From positions 5,252 through 69,251 of the forward strand of contig DASYRI010000070.1 in assembly GCA_036004545.1 (NCBI GenBank): 64,000 bases of DNA, in the 5' to 3' direction. Positions within the stretch are counted from its first letter, which is position 1; every line of letters starts with the position of its first letter. The notes below the pieces were generated by a model. That model did no database searches. It saw nothing but the letters and a program-made list of their open reading frames with translations, and was not told the DNA's origin. This DNA comes from Gemmatimonadales bacterium. GTDB taxonomy: Bacteria > Gemmatimonadota > Gemmatimonadetes > Gemmatimonadales > GWC2-71-9. Below are positions 16,420-25,838 of this stretch, one piece after another. The translations under genes and the position numbers were made by a program.

Positions 16420-17651
16420 GGATCGGCCCGGAGGACGGGAAGCGTCATGCAGCGGGCGCCACCGCCCCCGCGCACCAGCTCGCCTCCCTCGATGGTGATC
16501 GCGGTGCGGCGGAGCGGCGTCGCCGACGCGGCCGGCGCGGCGAGGAACTCGGTGCTGGGCAGCACGCGATACCCCGCCAGCTGGAGCTGCTCGAGGGTCG
16601 CCCCGTTCCGCGCGTAGCTCACGATCACCCCCGGCGCCACGGCCATGGCGTTGCAGCCCGAGGCCCATTGCTCGCGCTCCTGCGCGATCCGCCGGGTGCC
16701 GCCGGCCAGCACCGGCTCCAGCGGGAGCGCCACCTGGGCCAGAGCGGCGAACAGGTCGGGAAGCTCCCGGACGCCGGTTTCGCCGTGGCGCCGGTGGAGA
16801 ATGGTGAGCCGCTCCGGACCGATGAAGGCCGGCGGATACACGATGCAGAGCTCGGTGTCGATCTGGGTGAACAGCATGTCGAGGTGGATCGCCGTGGGAT
16901 TGCTCGGCATGACCACGACGACCATGTCCCTGACGCCTCCCCGCTCGAAGGCGACATCGGCCAGGCGGTCCAGCGCTCCGGGCGAGCTCCGCTCGCTGAA
17001 GCCGACCAGCAGCAGATCCTCCCGCAGCACGTGGACGTCGCCGCCCTCCAGGGTGAAGTTGCTGCGCCGCTCCTCCGAGCCGTCGTACAGGATTCCGGCG
17101 TTCTCGAGGCAGGGGTGAAAGGCGAAGAGCGTCTTCATCACCAGCTCCTCGGTCCACCGCACCCCGTAGCGCATCGAGCCCACCACGGCGTGGTCGCCGA
17201 TCACGATCCCGGAGTCCCGCGGAAAGAAGAGGTTGGGCAGGGGCGGCAGCACGAAGCCGGATTCGTTGAGCGCGCGCGCGATCGGGCCCGGCGCCTCCTC
17301 CATGCCTTCGATGATCAGCTTGACGATGGCGCGCGGGGGGAGCTCGGCCAGCTGCTGCGCGAGCGGCTCCGAGGGTACCACGTCCACGGTCCGCCCGATC
17401 AGGTACTCGCGCGCTTCGGCGCCGGCCAGCACCTCGGTCAGCAGGTCCCCGATCTCGTACACGGTCGCGAAACGCTGCAGCACGGCCTTGAGCCGCGCGT
17501 GCTCCCGGGCCGAGACCTCCAGGCCGATCAGGTCGTCGTAGAGATAGTCCTCGCGGTTGCCGGGAGTGACCGCCTCGAGCTCCAGGCCGGGCGTGTGGAC
17601 GAGCACCGCCTGGAGCGGGCCGATCTCGCTCGTGATGTGGACGGAGGACAT
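16416..17651 (-). CDS. arcA: arginine deiminase
   Basis: SEIGPL..VLVH.PG.E.., FPRD, C-terminal GGGGARCMT.P (catalytic Cys). Confidence 0.9.
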   Translation of the reverse strand: MSSVHITSEIGPLQAVLVHTPGLELEAVTPGNREDYLYDDLIGLEVSAREHARLKAVLQRFATVYEIGDLLTEVLAGAEAREYLIGRTVDVVPSEPLAQQLAELPPRAIVKLIIEGMEEAPGPIARALNESGFVLPPLPNLFFPRDSGIVIGDHAVVGSMRYGVRWTEELVMKTLFAFHPCLENAGILYDGSEERRSNFTLEGGDVHVLREDLLLVGFSERSSPGALDRLADVAFERGGVRDMVVVVMPSNPTAIHLDMLFTQIDTELCIVYPPAFIGPERLTILHRRHGETGVRELPDLFAALAQVALPLEPVLAGGTRRIAQEREQWASGCNAMAVAPGVIVSYARNGATLEQLQLAGYRVLPSTEFLAAPAASATPLRRTAITIEGGELVRGGGGARCMTLPVLRADP

Positions 17652-17664
17652 GTCTTGAAACTAC

Positions 17665-17740
17665 AGGGAGTAGCGAGCAGGGAGTAGGCAATAGGGGGCT
17701 TCGCAGTTCCCTACTCCCCACTCCCTATTCGCTACTCCCT
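17665..17740. repeat. 32-nt-arm imperfect hairpin made of AGGGAGT-type heptamers, between rex and arcA
   Basis: agggagtagcgagcagggagtaggcaataggg ...loop... ccctactccccactccctattcgctactccct. The right arm ends on the rex stop codon. Confidence 0.8.
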
Positions 17741-18359
17741 ACCGGTTGGCCAAAATGTACGACAGGGCTTCCAGCTCCAGCACCAGGTTCACCGTCTTGA
17801 CCGCCACCTGCGGCGGCACCTGGAGCTGCACCGGCGCGAAGTTGAGGATTGCGCTCACGCCGGAGCGGACCAGGCGGTCGGCCACGTCCTGGGCCGCTTC
17901 GGCCGGGGTCACCAGGGCCGCGATGTCGGCGCGATCGTGGCGGAGGTCGCGCTCCAGCTGGCCGACGTCCCGCACGGTGAGCCCGTCCCAGCGATTGCCG
18001 ATCTTGGCGGGATCGTTGTCGTAGATGGCGGCGAGATCGAAGCCCCGCTCGCGGAAGCCGCCGTACTGCACCAGCGCGCTCCCGATCTTCCCCGCCCCGA
18101 CCACCACGACGCGATAGCGGCGATCGAGCCCGAGAATGTCCCGGATCTTCAGCCGGAGCTCGTGCACCGGATAGCCCAGCCCCCGCTTGCCGAACGACCC
18201 GAAGAAGGAAAGATCCTTCCGCACCTGAGCCGAGGTGGTGCCCCCGCGACCGGCGAGCGCCTCGGAGCTCACGGTGTCGGCGCCCTGCTCTTCGAATTCC
18301 TCCAGGAAGCGGAGATAGAGCGACAGGCGGCGGACGGTGGATTCGGCGATCTTGCGCAC
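17739..18359 (-). CDS. rex: redox-sensing transcriptional repressor Rex
   Basis: N-terminal wHTH (RL.LY.R.L......G...VSS..LA), Rossmann fold VVVVGAGKIG. GTG start. Confidence 0.9.
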   Translation of the reverse strand: MRKIAESTVRRLSLYLRFLEEFEEQGADTVSSEALAGRGGTTSAQVRKDLSFFGSFGKRGLGYPVHELRLKIRDILGLDRRYRVVVVGAGKIGSALVQYGGFRERGFDLAAIYDNDPAKIGNRWDGLTVRDVGQLERDLRHDRADIAALVTPAEAAQDVADRLVRSGVSAILNFAPVQLQVPPQVAVKTVNLVLELEALSYILANR

Positions 18360-18364
18360 GCGAA

Positions 18365-18380
18365 TGTGAAAGTTTTCACA
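18365..18380. promoter_or_regulatory. Rex operator (ROP) TGTGAA-N4-TTCACA
   Basis: tgtgaaagttttcaca in the 24-nt rsmA-rex spacer, 5 nt upstream of the rex GTG. Matches the published Rex consensus TTGTGAA-N4-TTCACAA. Confidence 0.7.
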
Positions 18381-18383
18381 AAG

Positions 18384-19187
18384 CTAGCGCGGTGACCACC
18401 CCCCGTCAACGACCTCGGCCAGCAACTCGACGAACGCCGCCGGCTCGAGCGTCTCCGGCCGCACGGTGGCAAGGATGCCCGCGTTGCCGAGCCGCTCCCC
18501 GGCCCGCTCCGGGTTCCAGCCGGTGAGCTCGCGGAGCGCCCGGAGCATCTGCTTGCGCCGGAATCCGAACAGCCCGACTACCAGCCGGCGGAACCCGGCG
18601 ACTTCGTCGTCGCGAAGTGCGGTCGTGCGCTCGGGGGTGAGCCTCACCACCGTCGAATCCACTCTGGGCGGCGGATGGAAGGTGCCGGCTGGAACGGTGA
18701 ACAGCTTCTCGATCCGGGCCACGGCCTGGACCCCGACGCTGAGCGCGCCATACGCCCTCGTGCCCGGTCGCGCGCTCAGCCGGTCCGCGACTTCCTTCTG
18801 CACCAGGAACACGATCCGGCCCGGCCGCGGCGGCTCGAGGGCCTTGTCGAGCAGCGGGCTCGTGAGGTTGTAGGGAATGTTCCCGGCGACCAGAAGCGGC
18901 TCGCCGGGTCGGGCGCCGGCGGCCTCGCGCCAGTCCAGGTCCAGGGCGTCGCCCTCGATCACGCTGACTTCGGGGAGGCGGGCGCGGAGCAGCGGGACCA
19001 GGTCGCGGTCCTTCTCGATGGCGACGACCCGGGCCCCGCTCGCGGCGAGCACCTCGGTGAGCGTCCCCTGCCCCGGGCCGATCTCCAGCACCAGGTCTCC
19101 GGGGGCGGGATCCAGCGCCCGGGCGATCCGCTCGAGGACGGCGCGGCGGCGGAGGAAATGCTGTCCGAAGCGCTTCTTCGCTCGCAC
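18384..19187 (-). CDS. rsmA: 16S rRNA (adenine1518/1519-N6)-dimethyltransferase
   Basis: K.FGQHFL, EIGPG.G.LT, GN.PYN..SP. Confidence 0.95.
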   Translation of the reverse strand: MRAKKRFGQHFLRRRAVLERIARALDPAPGDLVLEIGPGQGTLTEVLAASGARVVAIEKDRDLVPLLRARLPEVSVIEGDALDLDWREAAGARPGEPLLVAGNIPYNLTSPLLDKALEPPRPGRIVFLVQKEVADRLSARPGTRAYGALSVGVQAVARIEKLFTVPAGTFHPPPRVDSTVVRLTPERTTALRDDEVAGFRRLVVGLFGFRRKQMLRALRELTGWNPERAGERLGNAGILATVRPETLEPAAFVELLAEVVDGGWSPR

Positions 19188-19191
19188 CGGG

Positions 19192-20775
19192 CTAGAGGCG
19201 AAGCACGAGCAGGGTGCGGTCGTCCGCGGGCCGGGGAGCGAAGCCGTCGGCTTCCGCCATCACCTCCTCGACGATCCGTTCGGGCTCGTGGCCGCGCCGG
19301 CGCCCGAGGGCCGCGAGGAGCCGCTCTTCGCCGTAGCGCTCGCCGGCGTCGTTCGCCGCGTCCACCAGCCCGTCGGTCCACAGACAGAGCAGGTCGCTCT
19401 CCTTGACCCAGCCGGTGGAGCAGAGCCCGATTCTCCGGCCGCCGGCCAGGCCGAGCGGCGGCGCGGTCGCGGCGAGGCGGACCGGCTCGCCCGCGGCCGG
19501 AAGGCGGAAGGCGTGGGGATGTCCGGCGTTGGCCCAGTTGAGGCGGCCGCGGCCCGAATCGAAGATGCCGTAGAAGACGGTGAGGTAGCTCTCCGAGGAC
19601 GCGAGCTTCGCGGCGAGGCTGTCGCGGAGCGCGGCGAGGGTCACGTCGGGCGTCTCGTCGCCCGAGGCGTGAATCCCCGCGGCCGCCATCACCGCCGCCA
19701 TCATCAGCGCCGCGGCAAAACCGTGGGAGGCGACGTCTCCCAGCATGACCCCGACCAGGTGCGGCGGGGGCCCCAGTCGGCCGAAGGTGTAGAAGTCGCC
19801 CCCCACCTGCTCGGCGGAGACGCACCGCACCGCCACCCGGGCGAGGCCGTCCAGCACCGCGGGCGACGGCAGGAGCGAGAGCTGAAGGTCGCGGGCGTGC
19901 TCCAGCTGGTCGTGGAGCCGCTGCTGCTGGCGCTCCTGTTCCACCAGCCGGGCGAGCTCGATGGCGGCGCCGATCTGATTCGCCGCGGCGGCGACCAGCT
20001 TCTCGTCGGTGGCGGTGAAGCGGCCGTCCTCCAGCCGGTCGGTGAGGTTGATGACCCCGACCGTGCGGGAGGTGCCGCCGGGCGGATGGTAGGTAATAGG
20101 GAGACTCATGTAGGCGCCGCCCCGATAGCCGCGCTCCTCCCCGGCCGAGCCGCGGCCGTCGGCGGTGCCCACGACGGCGCGGCCTTCGCGGACCACGCGG
20201 GCGGCGATCGAGTCGGGGTCGTCGAGCGGGATGTCCGCCGCATGGCGGGCGTCGAATCCCCGGGCCGCGACGGTGTGCAGCAGGCCCTGCTCCTCGTCGA
20301 AGACCGCGATGGAGGCGCGCCCGGCGCCCACCACCTCGCTCACGGCGCGCACGATGGTCTCCGCCGCCACCTCGAACCGGACGGTGTGGCCGACCACCTC
20401 GCTGATGGTGTAGAGTAGATCAATCTCCTCGTAGCGCGTGGCCAGCTCGTCGGAGAGGATGATGACTTCCCGCTCGACCCGGAGGAACTGGCCGAGCAGC
20501 GTCTGGAGCGCCGCGGCGCGAGCGGGGGGGCTCGGCGCGGCTTCGACCCAGAACGTGGCGCCGGGGGGGATGGGGCCGAGCCAGCGTTCGCCGTCGGGGG
20601 TCGCGACCGGTCCCGCCCCCGCCGGAACCGGGAGCTGCCAGCCGGGATCACCGCCCTCCACGGCGCGGAGCACGTCCCCCTCCGCGCGCCAGATGCGCGG
20701 CCGGATGCCGGCCACGCCTTCCAGCGCCAGGAGGACGGAATGCAGCCGCTTCAGGAACGCGGCAGCGTCATCCAA
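19192..20775 (-). CDS. GAF-domain PP2C/SpoIIE-type serine phosphatase (RsbU-like)
   Basis: Central GAF-like region, then PP2C motifs (VGGDFY, GDVASHG, WANAGHP, D..L...TDG). Confidence 0.85.
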   Translation of the reverse strand: MDDAAAFLKRLHSVLLALEGVAGIRPRIWRAEGDVLRAVEGGDPGWQLPVPAGAGPVATPDGERWLGPIPPGATFWVEAAPSPPARAAALQTLLGQFLRVEREVIILSDELATRYEEIDLLYTISEVVGHTVRFEVAAETIVRAVSEVVGAGRASIAVFDEEQGLLHTVAARGFDARHAADIPLDDPDSIAARVVREGRAVVGTADGRGSAGEERGYRGGAYMSLPITYHPPGGTSRTVGVINLTDRLEDGRFTATDEKLVAAAANQIGAAIELARLVEQERQQQRLHDQLEHARDLQLSLLPSPAVLDGLARVAVRCVSAEQVGGDFYTFGRLGPPPHLVGVMLGDVASHGFAAALMMAAVMAAAGIHASGDETPDVTLAALRDSLAAKLASSESYLTVFYGIFDSGRGRLNWANAGHPHAFRLPAAGEPVRLAATAPPLGLAGGRRIGLCSTGWVKESDLLCLWTDGLVDAANDAGERYGEERLLAALGRRRGHEPERIVEEVMAEADGFAPRPADDRTLLVLRL

Positions 20776-21233
20776 ATGGTGTTTCCCTGTGGGTTGAATT
20801 CGACCCGGTCGGCGAGGCTCCGGATGAGAAAGAGGCCGCGCCCGATCGGACGGCGGACCGCCGGGGGTGATGTCGGGTCGGGCACCTCGTCCGGGTCGAA
20901 GCCGGGCCCCTCGTCATTGACCTCGAGCCGGATGGTCCGATCGGTGAGCTCCGCCGCCACTCCCACCGTGCGCGCGGGATCGCCCGAGGCGCCGAAGAGG
21001 ATGCCGTTGGTGATCGCCTCGGAGAGCAGGACGCGAAGCCGGAAGCGGGTGCGCTCGCAGGGGGGCGGCTCGAGTCCGGCGAAGCAATGCCGGACCATGA
21101 GCTCCACCACCTCCTCGACGCAGCGCACGTCGGCCGGCACCCTGAGCGCCACCGACACCGCGGCCGCGACGCCGGGCATGGCCGGGGTCCGCCGCACGAC
21201 CAGGCGGAGCGGGGCGGCGAGGTCTTCGCTCAT
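20751..21233 (-). CDS. anti-sigma factor / serine kinase (RsbW/SpoIIAB-like, HATPase_c)
   Basis: GHKL boxes SEAITNG, VNDEGPGFD, GRGLFLIRSL. Start at MSEDL, 1 nt after the STAS gene stop. Confidence 0.8.
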   Translation of the reverse strand: MSEDLAAPLRLVVRRTPAMPGVAAAVSVALRVPADVRCVEEVVELMVRHCFAGLEPPPCERTRFRLRVLLSEAITNGILFGASGDPARTVGVAAELTDRTIRLEVNDEGPGFDPDEVPDPTSPPAVRRPIGRGLFLIRSLADRVEFNPQGNTIWMTLPRS

Positions 21234-21234
21234 C

Positions 21235-21570
21235 TCAGAACCCGGCGAGGGCTTCCTCCGCGGTGGGCGAGATGTGAAAGAGGGTATCGAGCTTGGTGAG
21301 CTCGAAAAGGGAGCGGAGGTCGTCGTTGAGCCCGGCGATCCGAAGCTCGCCGGCCGCCTCGCGCACCTTCTTGGCGAGCGACACCAGCGCCCCGAGCCCC
21401 GAGGAGTCGATATAGCCGGTCCGGGTGCAATCAATCAGGAATCGTCGCTCGCCCCGATCGAGGCCCTCCTGCACCAGGGTCTTGAGCTCCTGGCGATTGC
21501 CGACGATGAGCTGGCCGTCAATCCGCACGATCGCGACGCCCGCCCCATTGGTCGTCTTGCTGAACCCCAT
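21235..21570 (-). CDS. STAS-domain anti-sigma-factor antagonist (RsbV/SpoIIAA-like)
   Basis: 111 aa with ..G.L.......L........R.L.D......IDSSGLGALV, the conserved phospho-Ser context. Confidence 0.9.
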   Translation of the reverse strand: MGFSKTTNGAGVAIVRIDGQLIVGNRQELKTLVQEGLDRGERRFLIDCTRTGYIDSSGLGALVSLAKKVREAAGELRIAGLNDDLRSLFELTKLDTLFHISPTAEEALAGF

Positions 21571-21582
21571 CGGTTGCCTCCC

Positions 21583-22377
21583 TCAGGTGCCTGCCCGGGC
21601 GGCCGCGAGCATCGCCGCCGCCGCCGTTCCCACCAGCTCCTCCGCTTCCGCGTCCTCCACGACGGCCGTCATGACGCGAGGCGGCCCCAGCAGGAGCGGT
21701 CCCAGCATCCGCGCGCCGCCCACCACCCGCGCGGTGCGCGCCGCCAGGAGTCCCGCCGTCCCGTCCGGAAATATGAGAACGTTGGCGCGGTCGCGAAACC
21801 TCGGAGGGGTGTCCGCCCCGACCTGCGCGACCCGGGGCGGCTCGCCGGCGATCCGGGTGTGCAGGGCGCCGACGGCCCCGGCAAGCCCGGCCCGCCCGGA
21901 CTGATCGAGTCCGCCGGCGAAGCCGCAGTCGGCGCAGGCGACCAGCGACCCATCGGCGCCGACGAGCCACACCACGCCCGCGACCGGAGTTCCCGCCACC
22001 GGGAGGCCCAGGGTCCAGCGCGCGAGATCGGCGAGGGCCTCGAGCTTGGTGCCCGGCCCGGCCAGCAGCGCGTCCGCTTCACCCAGGGCCAGCAGCCCCG
22101 CCGCGAAGCGAAGCGGATCGGCGGCCAGGTCCAGCGCGTGGATGCCGTCCCGGATCCGCTCCGGCGCCCCCGAACGGAGCAGGTCGGCGACGGCGCGGAG
22201 GCGGGGATCGGATTCGGGAACGATTCCGCCGTCGCCGACCGCCAGGACGCAGTCGAGGTCCGCGCGGGCGAGCGTTTCCGCCGCGGCGGTGAGCGCAGCC
22301 GGGTCGGCGGCGGCGAGGAGAAGTCGCGCGCGGCTCTCCCGGGCGCGGGTGAGAAGCGCCGGGCGGCTCACGGGCAA
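21583..22377 (-). CDS. phosphate acetyl/butyryl-transferase family protein (short, divergent)
   Basis: Resembles the PTA_PTB fold: ..ANVLIFPDGTAG.., A..LGP.L.G. Only 264 aa, so the assignment is tentative. Confidence 0.55.
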   Translation of the reverse strand: MPVSRPALLTRARESRARLLLAAADPAALTAAAETLARADLDCVLAVGDGGIVPESDPRLRAVADLLRSGAPERIRDGIHALDLAADPLRFAAGLLALGEADALLAGPGTKLEALADLARWTLGLPVAGTPVAGVVWLVGADGSLVACADCGFAGGLDQSGRAGLAGAVGALHTRIAGEPPRVAQVGADTPPRFRDRANVLIFPDGTAGLLAARTARVVGGARMLGPLLLGPPRVMTAVVEDAEAEELVGTAAAAMLAAARAGT

Positions 22378-22874
22378 AAGCGCCGCCGGAGCGCATCGGC
22401 GACGGCGGGATGTACCAGCGCGCTCACGTCGCCGCCGTAGCGCGCCACCTCCCGCACCAGGCTGGCGCTGATGTAGGAGAGCCCCTGCGCCGGCACCAGG
22501 AACACGGTCTCCAGCCCGGGACAGAGCTGGCGGTTCATCAGCGCCATTTGGAGCTCGTACTCAAAGTCCCCCACCGCACGGAGGCCGCGGAGCAGGATCG
22601 TGGCGCCGATCCGGCGGGCGTAATCGGCCACCAGACCCTCGAAAGCGTCGAACTCGAGCCCCCCCACCGTCGCTCCTCCTCCGCCGGTCTCCCCGCCCAG
22701 CGCCCGCCGCAGCAGCTCGAGCCGCTCGGCCACTTCGAAAAGCGGCTGCTTGGCGGAGTTGACGGCGACCGCGACGACCACGCGGTCCGCGAGCTGCCTG
22801 CCCCGCAGGATCAGGTCCTCGTGTCCCCGGGTCGGGGGGTCGAAGGAGCCGGGATAGAGGGCGATGCGCGTCAT
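22368..22874 (-). CDS. coaD: phosphopantetheine adenylyltransferase
   Basis: YPGSFDPPTRGHEDL, ..RGLR...DFEYE, ISAS.VRE. Confidence 0.95.
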   Translation of the reverse strand: MTRIALYPGSFDPPTRGHEDLILRGRQLADRVVVAVAVNSAKQPLFEVAERLELLRRALGGETGGGGATVGGLEFDAFEGLVADYARRIGATILLRGLRAVGDFEYELQMALMNRQLCPGLETVFLVPAQGLSYISASLVREVARYGGDVSALVHPAVADALRRRFCP

Positions 22875-23389
22875 GGGGCGTGACAGAAGGTAAGGGCAAC
22901 GTCGCCGTAGCGCCGGGTCTCATCGCCCTGGAGCGCGACCGAGGCGGGATGCTCTACCGCGAGGAGCGCCGCGAACGGCCGGGCCCGGAACGCGGCGACG
23001 AGCCGCTCCGCGTGGGGCACGGTGTAGGGCGGATCCGCGAGGGCGATGTCGAACGCGCGGGCCCCGAGCCGAGCGATGAAGCGCATGGCGTCGCCCCGGT
23101 GCACGCTGACCCGGCCGGCCACGCCCAGCGCGTCCAGGTTGGCGCGAATCGCGGCGAGCGAGGCCGGGGACAGCTCGACCAGCGTCACCCGCTCGGCCCC
23201 GCGGGAGAGCGCCTCCAGGCCGAGCGCGCCGGAGCCCGCGAAGAGATCGAGGACCCGGGCGCCAACGAGCCGATCGCCCAGGATGCTCATCCACGCCTCC
23301 CGGACCCGGTCCGCCGTGGGCCGCACCCGGGCATCGGCGGGGAGGACCAGTCGCCGGCCGCCGAAGAGGCCGGCGATGATCCGGGTCAC
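22871..23389 (-). CDS. rsmD: 16S rRNA (guanine966-N2)-methyltransferase
   Basis: RIIAG...GR.L......RPT.DRVREA.., DLFAGSGALGLEALSRGA, DPPY. GTGA overlap with the recJ stop. Confidence 0.9.
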   Translation of the reverse strand: MTRIIAGLFGGRRLVLPADARVRPTADRVREAWMSILGDRLVGARVLDLFAGSGALGLEALSRGAERVTLVELSPASLAAIRANLDALGVAGRVSVHRGDAMRFIARLGARAFDIALADPPYTVPHAERLVAAFRARPFAALLAVEHPASVALQGDETRRYGDVALTFCHAP

Positions 23390-25122
23390 CGGACGACGCC
23401 GGCGGGCTCGGCCCGGTGCGGCGTGAGCGAAAGGATCCGGGCCTGGAGGCTGGTGCGTCCCTGGTACTCGTTTTCCTCCAGGCGAAAGGCCGCGTCCACC
23501 GGGCCGTCGCCCAGCCAGGGGACCCGGTCGGCGAGCTGGAATCCGATGGCGCCGAGGTTCGCGTCCTTCCCTTCGAGCGTCCCGCGCAGATGGTTGGTCC
23601 CGACCCGCTGCCGCCGCGCGAAGCTCACCCCGCGCACGCCGAAGACCGGCGCGGGGTTCCCCATGCCACAGGGCTCCAGATGGCGAATGAGCCGCTCCAG
23701 CTCGACGCTGACCTCGCCGAGCTGGATCTCGAGATCCACCCGCTGCTCGGGGCCGAGATCGTCGGTGCCGAGCCGGGTCAGGCACACCCGCTCGAACCGC
23801 TCGCGGAAGGCGTCGAAGCGGTCGCGGCGAACGGTGACCCCCGCGGCCATCCGGTGACCCCCGTAGCGCTCGAGGAGATCGCCGCACTCGACCAGCGCGC
23901 CGTGCAGATCGAAGCGGGAAAGGCTCCGCCCCGAGCCCTTGCCGACCTCGCCGTCGAAGGCCACCAGGAACGCCGGGCGGCCGTAGCGCTCGACTACCCG
24001 CGAAGCCACGATCCCGACCACGCCGGGGTGCCAGCCCTCGGCGCCGAGGACGATGCCGGCGCGGCGCTCGAGATCGCCGGCGGCCTCCACCTGCGCGACG
24101 GCTTCCGCCAGGATCCGCTGGTCGAGCGCCTGCCGCTCGGCGTTGAGCCGGTCGAGCCGCTGGGCGAGGGTCCGCGCTTCGTCGGGATCGTCGGTGAGAA
24201 GGAGGCGGAGGCCGTCGCCCGATTCGCCGATCCGCCCCGCGGCGTTGAGGCGCGGCGCCAGCACGAAGCCGACCTGGCCGGCGCGGAGCCGGCGCTCGCT
24301 CGGCTTGAGCCCGCTCACCTCGATGAGCGCGCGCAGCCCGGTCCAGCCGGTTTCCGAGAGCAGCTTGAGGCCGTGGCGCACCAGGATCCGGTTTTCCCCG
24401 GTCAGCGGAACCACGTCCGCCACGGTGGCGAGTGCCACGTAGTCGAGCAGGTGCATCGGCAGCGAGGCGGGCAGCTGGAGCGCGGGGACCAGGGCCTGAA
24501 TCAGCTTGAGCGCAACGCCGGCGCCGCAGAGCGCGCCCAGGCCCGAGCTGTCATCGGGGTGCTGGGGATTCACCACGGCGGTGGCGGGCGGCAGCACTGC
24601 CGGGCAGAGGTGGTGATCGGTGAGCACGACGCGGATCCCCGCCGCTTCCGCCAGGCGCACGGTGTCCACCGCGGTGATGCCGCAGTCGCAGGTGAGGATG
24701 AGACCGGCGCCGATGGTCTGCGCGTGGAGGAGGCCGGCCGGCCCCAGGTCGTAGCCGTCGCGCAGCCGGTGGGGAACGAACGCCTCGGCCCGGGCACCGG
24801 CCAGCCGCAGCGTGCGGGTCAGCATCGCCGCCGCGCACTGGCCGTCCACGTCGTAGTCGCCGTGGACCAGGATCAGGTCGCCCCGGTGGACCGCGGCGAC
24901 GATTGCCTCCACCGCCGCCGCGACTCCGGCGAGGGCGTAGGGGCCGGTCAGATCTTCGAGCTCGGGGCGAAGGTAGCGGCGGGCCGCGATGGCGTCCCCG
25001 ATCCCGCGCTGGGCGAGCAGCGCCGCGAGCGCCTCGGGAATGTCCAGTCCCCGGGCGAGCGCGCGGGTCGCGGCCGCGTCCGGGGCCGGCTCCAGCACCC
25101 AGCGCGGACCCGGGAGGGTCAT
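23386..25122 (-). CDS. recJ: single-stranded-DNA-specific exonuclease RecJ
   Basis: DHH family motifs (HGDYDVDG, TCDCG, TDHH) and DHHA1. Confidence 0.95.
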   Translation of the reverse strand: MTLPGPRWVLEPAPDAAATRALARGLDIPEALAALLAQRGIGDAIAARRYLRPELEDLTGPYALAGVAAAVEAIVAAVHRGDLILVHGDYDVDGQCAAAMLTRTLRLAGARAEAFVPHRLRDGYDLGPAGLLHAQTIGAGLILTCDCGITAVDTVRLAEAAGIRVVLTDHHLCPAVLPPATAVVNPQHPDDSSGLGALCGAGVALKLIQALVPALQLPASLPMHLLDYVALATVADVVPLTGENRILVRHGLKLLSETGWTGLRALIEVSGLKPSERRLRAGQVGFVLAPRLNAAGRIGESGDGLRLLLTDDPDEARTLAQRLDRLNAERQALDQRILAEAVAQVEAAGDLERRAGIVLGAEGWHPGVVGIVASRVVERYGRPAFLVAFDGEVGKGSGRSLSRFDLHGALVECGDLLERYGGHRMAAGVTVRRDRFDAFRERFERVCLTRLGTDDLGPEQRVDLEIQLGEVSVELERLIRHLEPCGMGNPAPVFGVRGVSFARRQRVGTNHLRGTLEGKDANLGAIGFQLADRVPWLGDGPVDAAFRLEENEYQGRTSLQARILSLTPHRAEPAGVVR

Positions 25123-25832
25123 TCCTCGCCGTTCGACGGATAGAGGATGACGCCGCAGGCCTCACAGCCCTCGATGTGGGTGCCGGCGCGGATCTGGCTT
25201 CGGCGGTTGCGGGGCACGGCGGTGTGGCAGGCGCTGCAGGCGTCGCCGCGGAGCGGGACGACGACGGTGGTGGTGCGGGAGTTCCAGAGCCGATCGTAGC
25301 GCGTGAGCAGGGTGCGCTCCACCGAGGCGGCGCTCGACTGGCGGGCCCGCCGCGCGCCCTCGCGCTCGGCTTCGGCCTGGCGGCGCGCCTCCTCCAGCCG
25401 GCCGCGCTCGCCGCTCTGGTCCTGCTCCAGCGCGTGCAGCCGTTCTTCCGCCTCGCGGAGCGACGCCTCCTGCTGCTGGGTGGCGTCGGCGGCCTTGACC
25501 CAGTCGCTCTCCTGCCGGGCGAGGCCCGAGCGGGCCAGGTCCATCTCGGTCATGAGCGCCTGGACTTCGCGCGCGGTGCGGACCTGCTCGATGCGCGAGC
25601 GGCGCTTTTCCTGGTGGGCACGCTGGGCTTCGATGACGGCTTCGAGCTCCTCCCGCCGCTGGATGCCCTCGGCGACGCGGAGGCGGGCCGACTGGACTTC
25701 GGCGCGGGCGCGCTCCAGCGCCGCGTCGAGGCCGGCGATCTCGCCGGCCACGGCGCTCAGCTGAAGATCGGTGCGGAGCAGCTCGAGGTCCTTGGCTTGC
25801 AGGTCGAGCAGTCGCTCAAGATCGGGATGCAT
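25119..25832 (-). CDS. zinc-ribbon / coiled-coil protein (COG1579-like)
   Basis: Long coiled coil, then C-terminal C..C ... C..C (CSACH...CEACG). Confidence 0.7.
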   Translation of the reverse strand: MHPDLERLLDLQAKDLELLRTDLQLSAVAGEIAGLDAALERARAEVQSARLRVAEGIQRREELEAVIEAQRAHQEKRRSRIEQVRTAREVQALMTEMDLARSGLARQESDWVKAADATQQQEASLREAEERLHALEQDQSGERGRLEEARRQAEAEREGARRARQSSAASVERTLLTRYDRLWNSRTTTVVVPLRGDACSACHTAVPRNRRSQIRAGTHIEGCEACGVILYPSNGEE

Positions 25833-25838
25833 TTCGCC

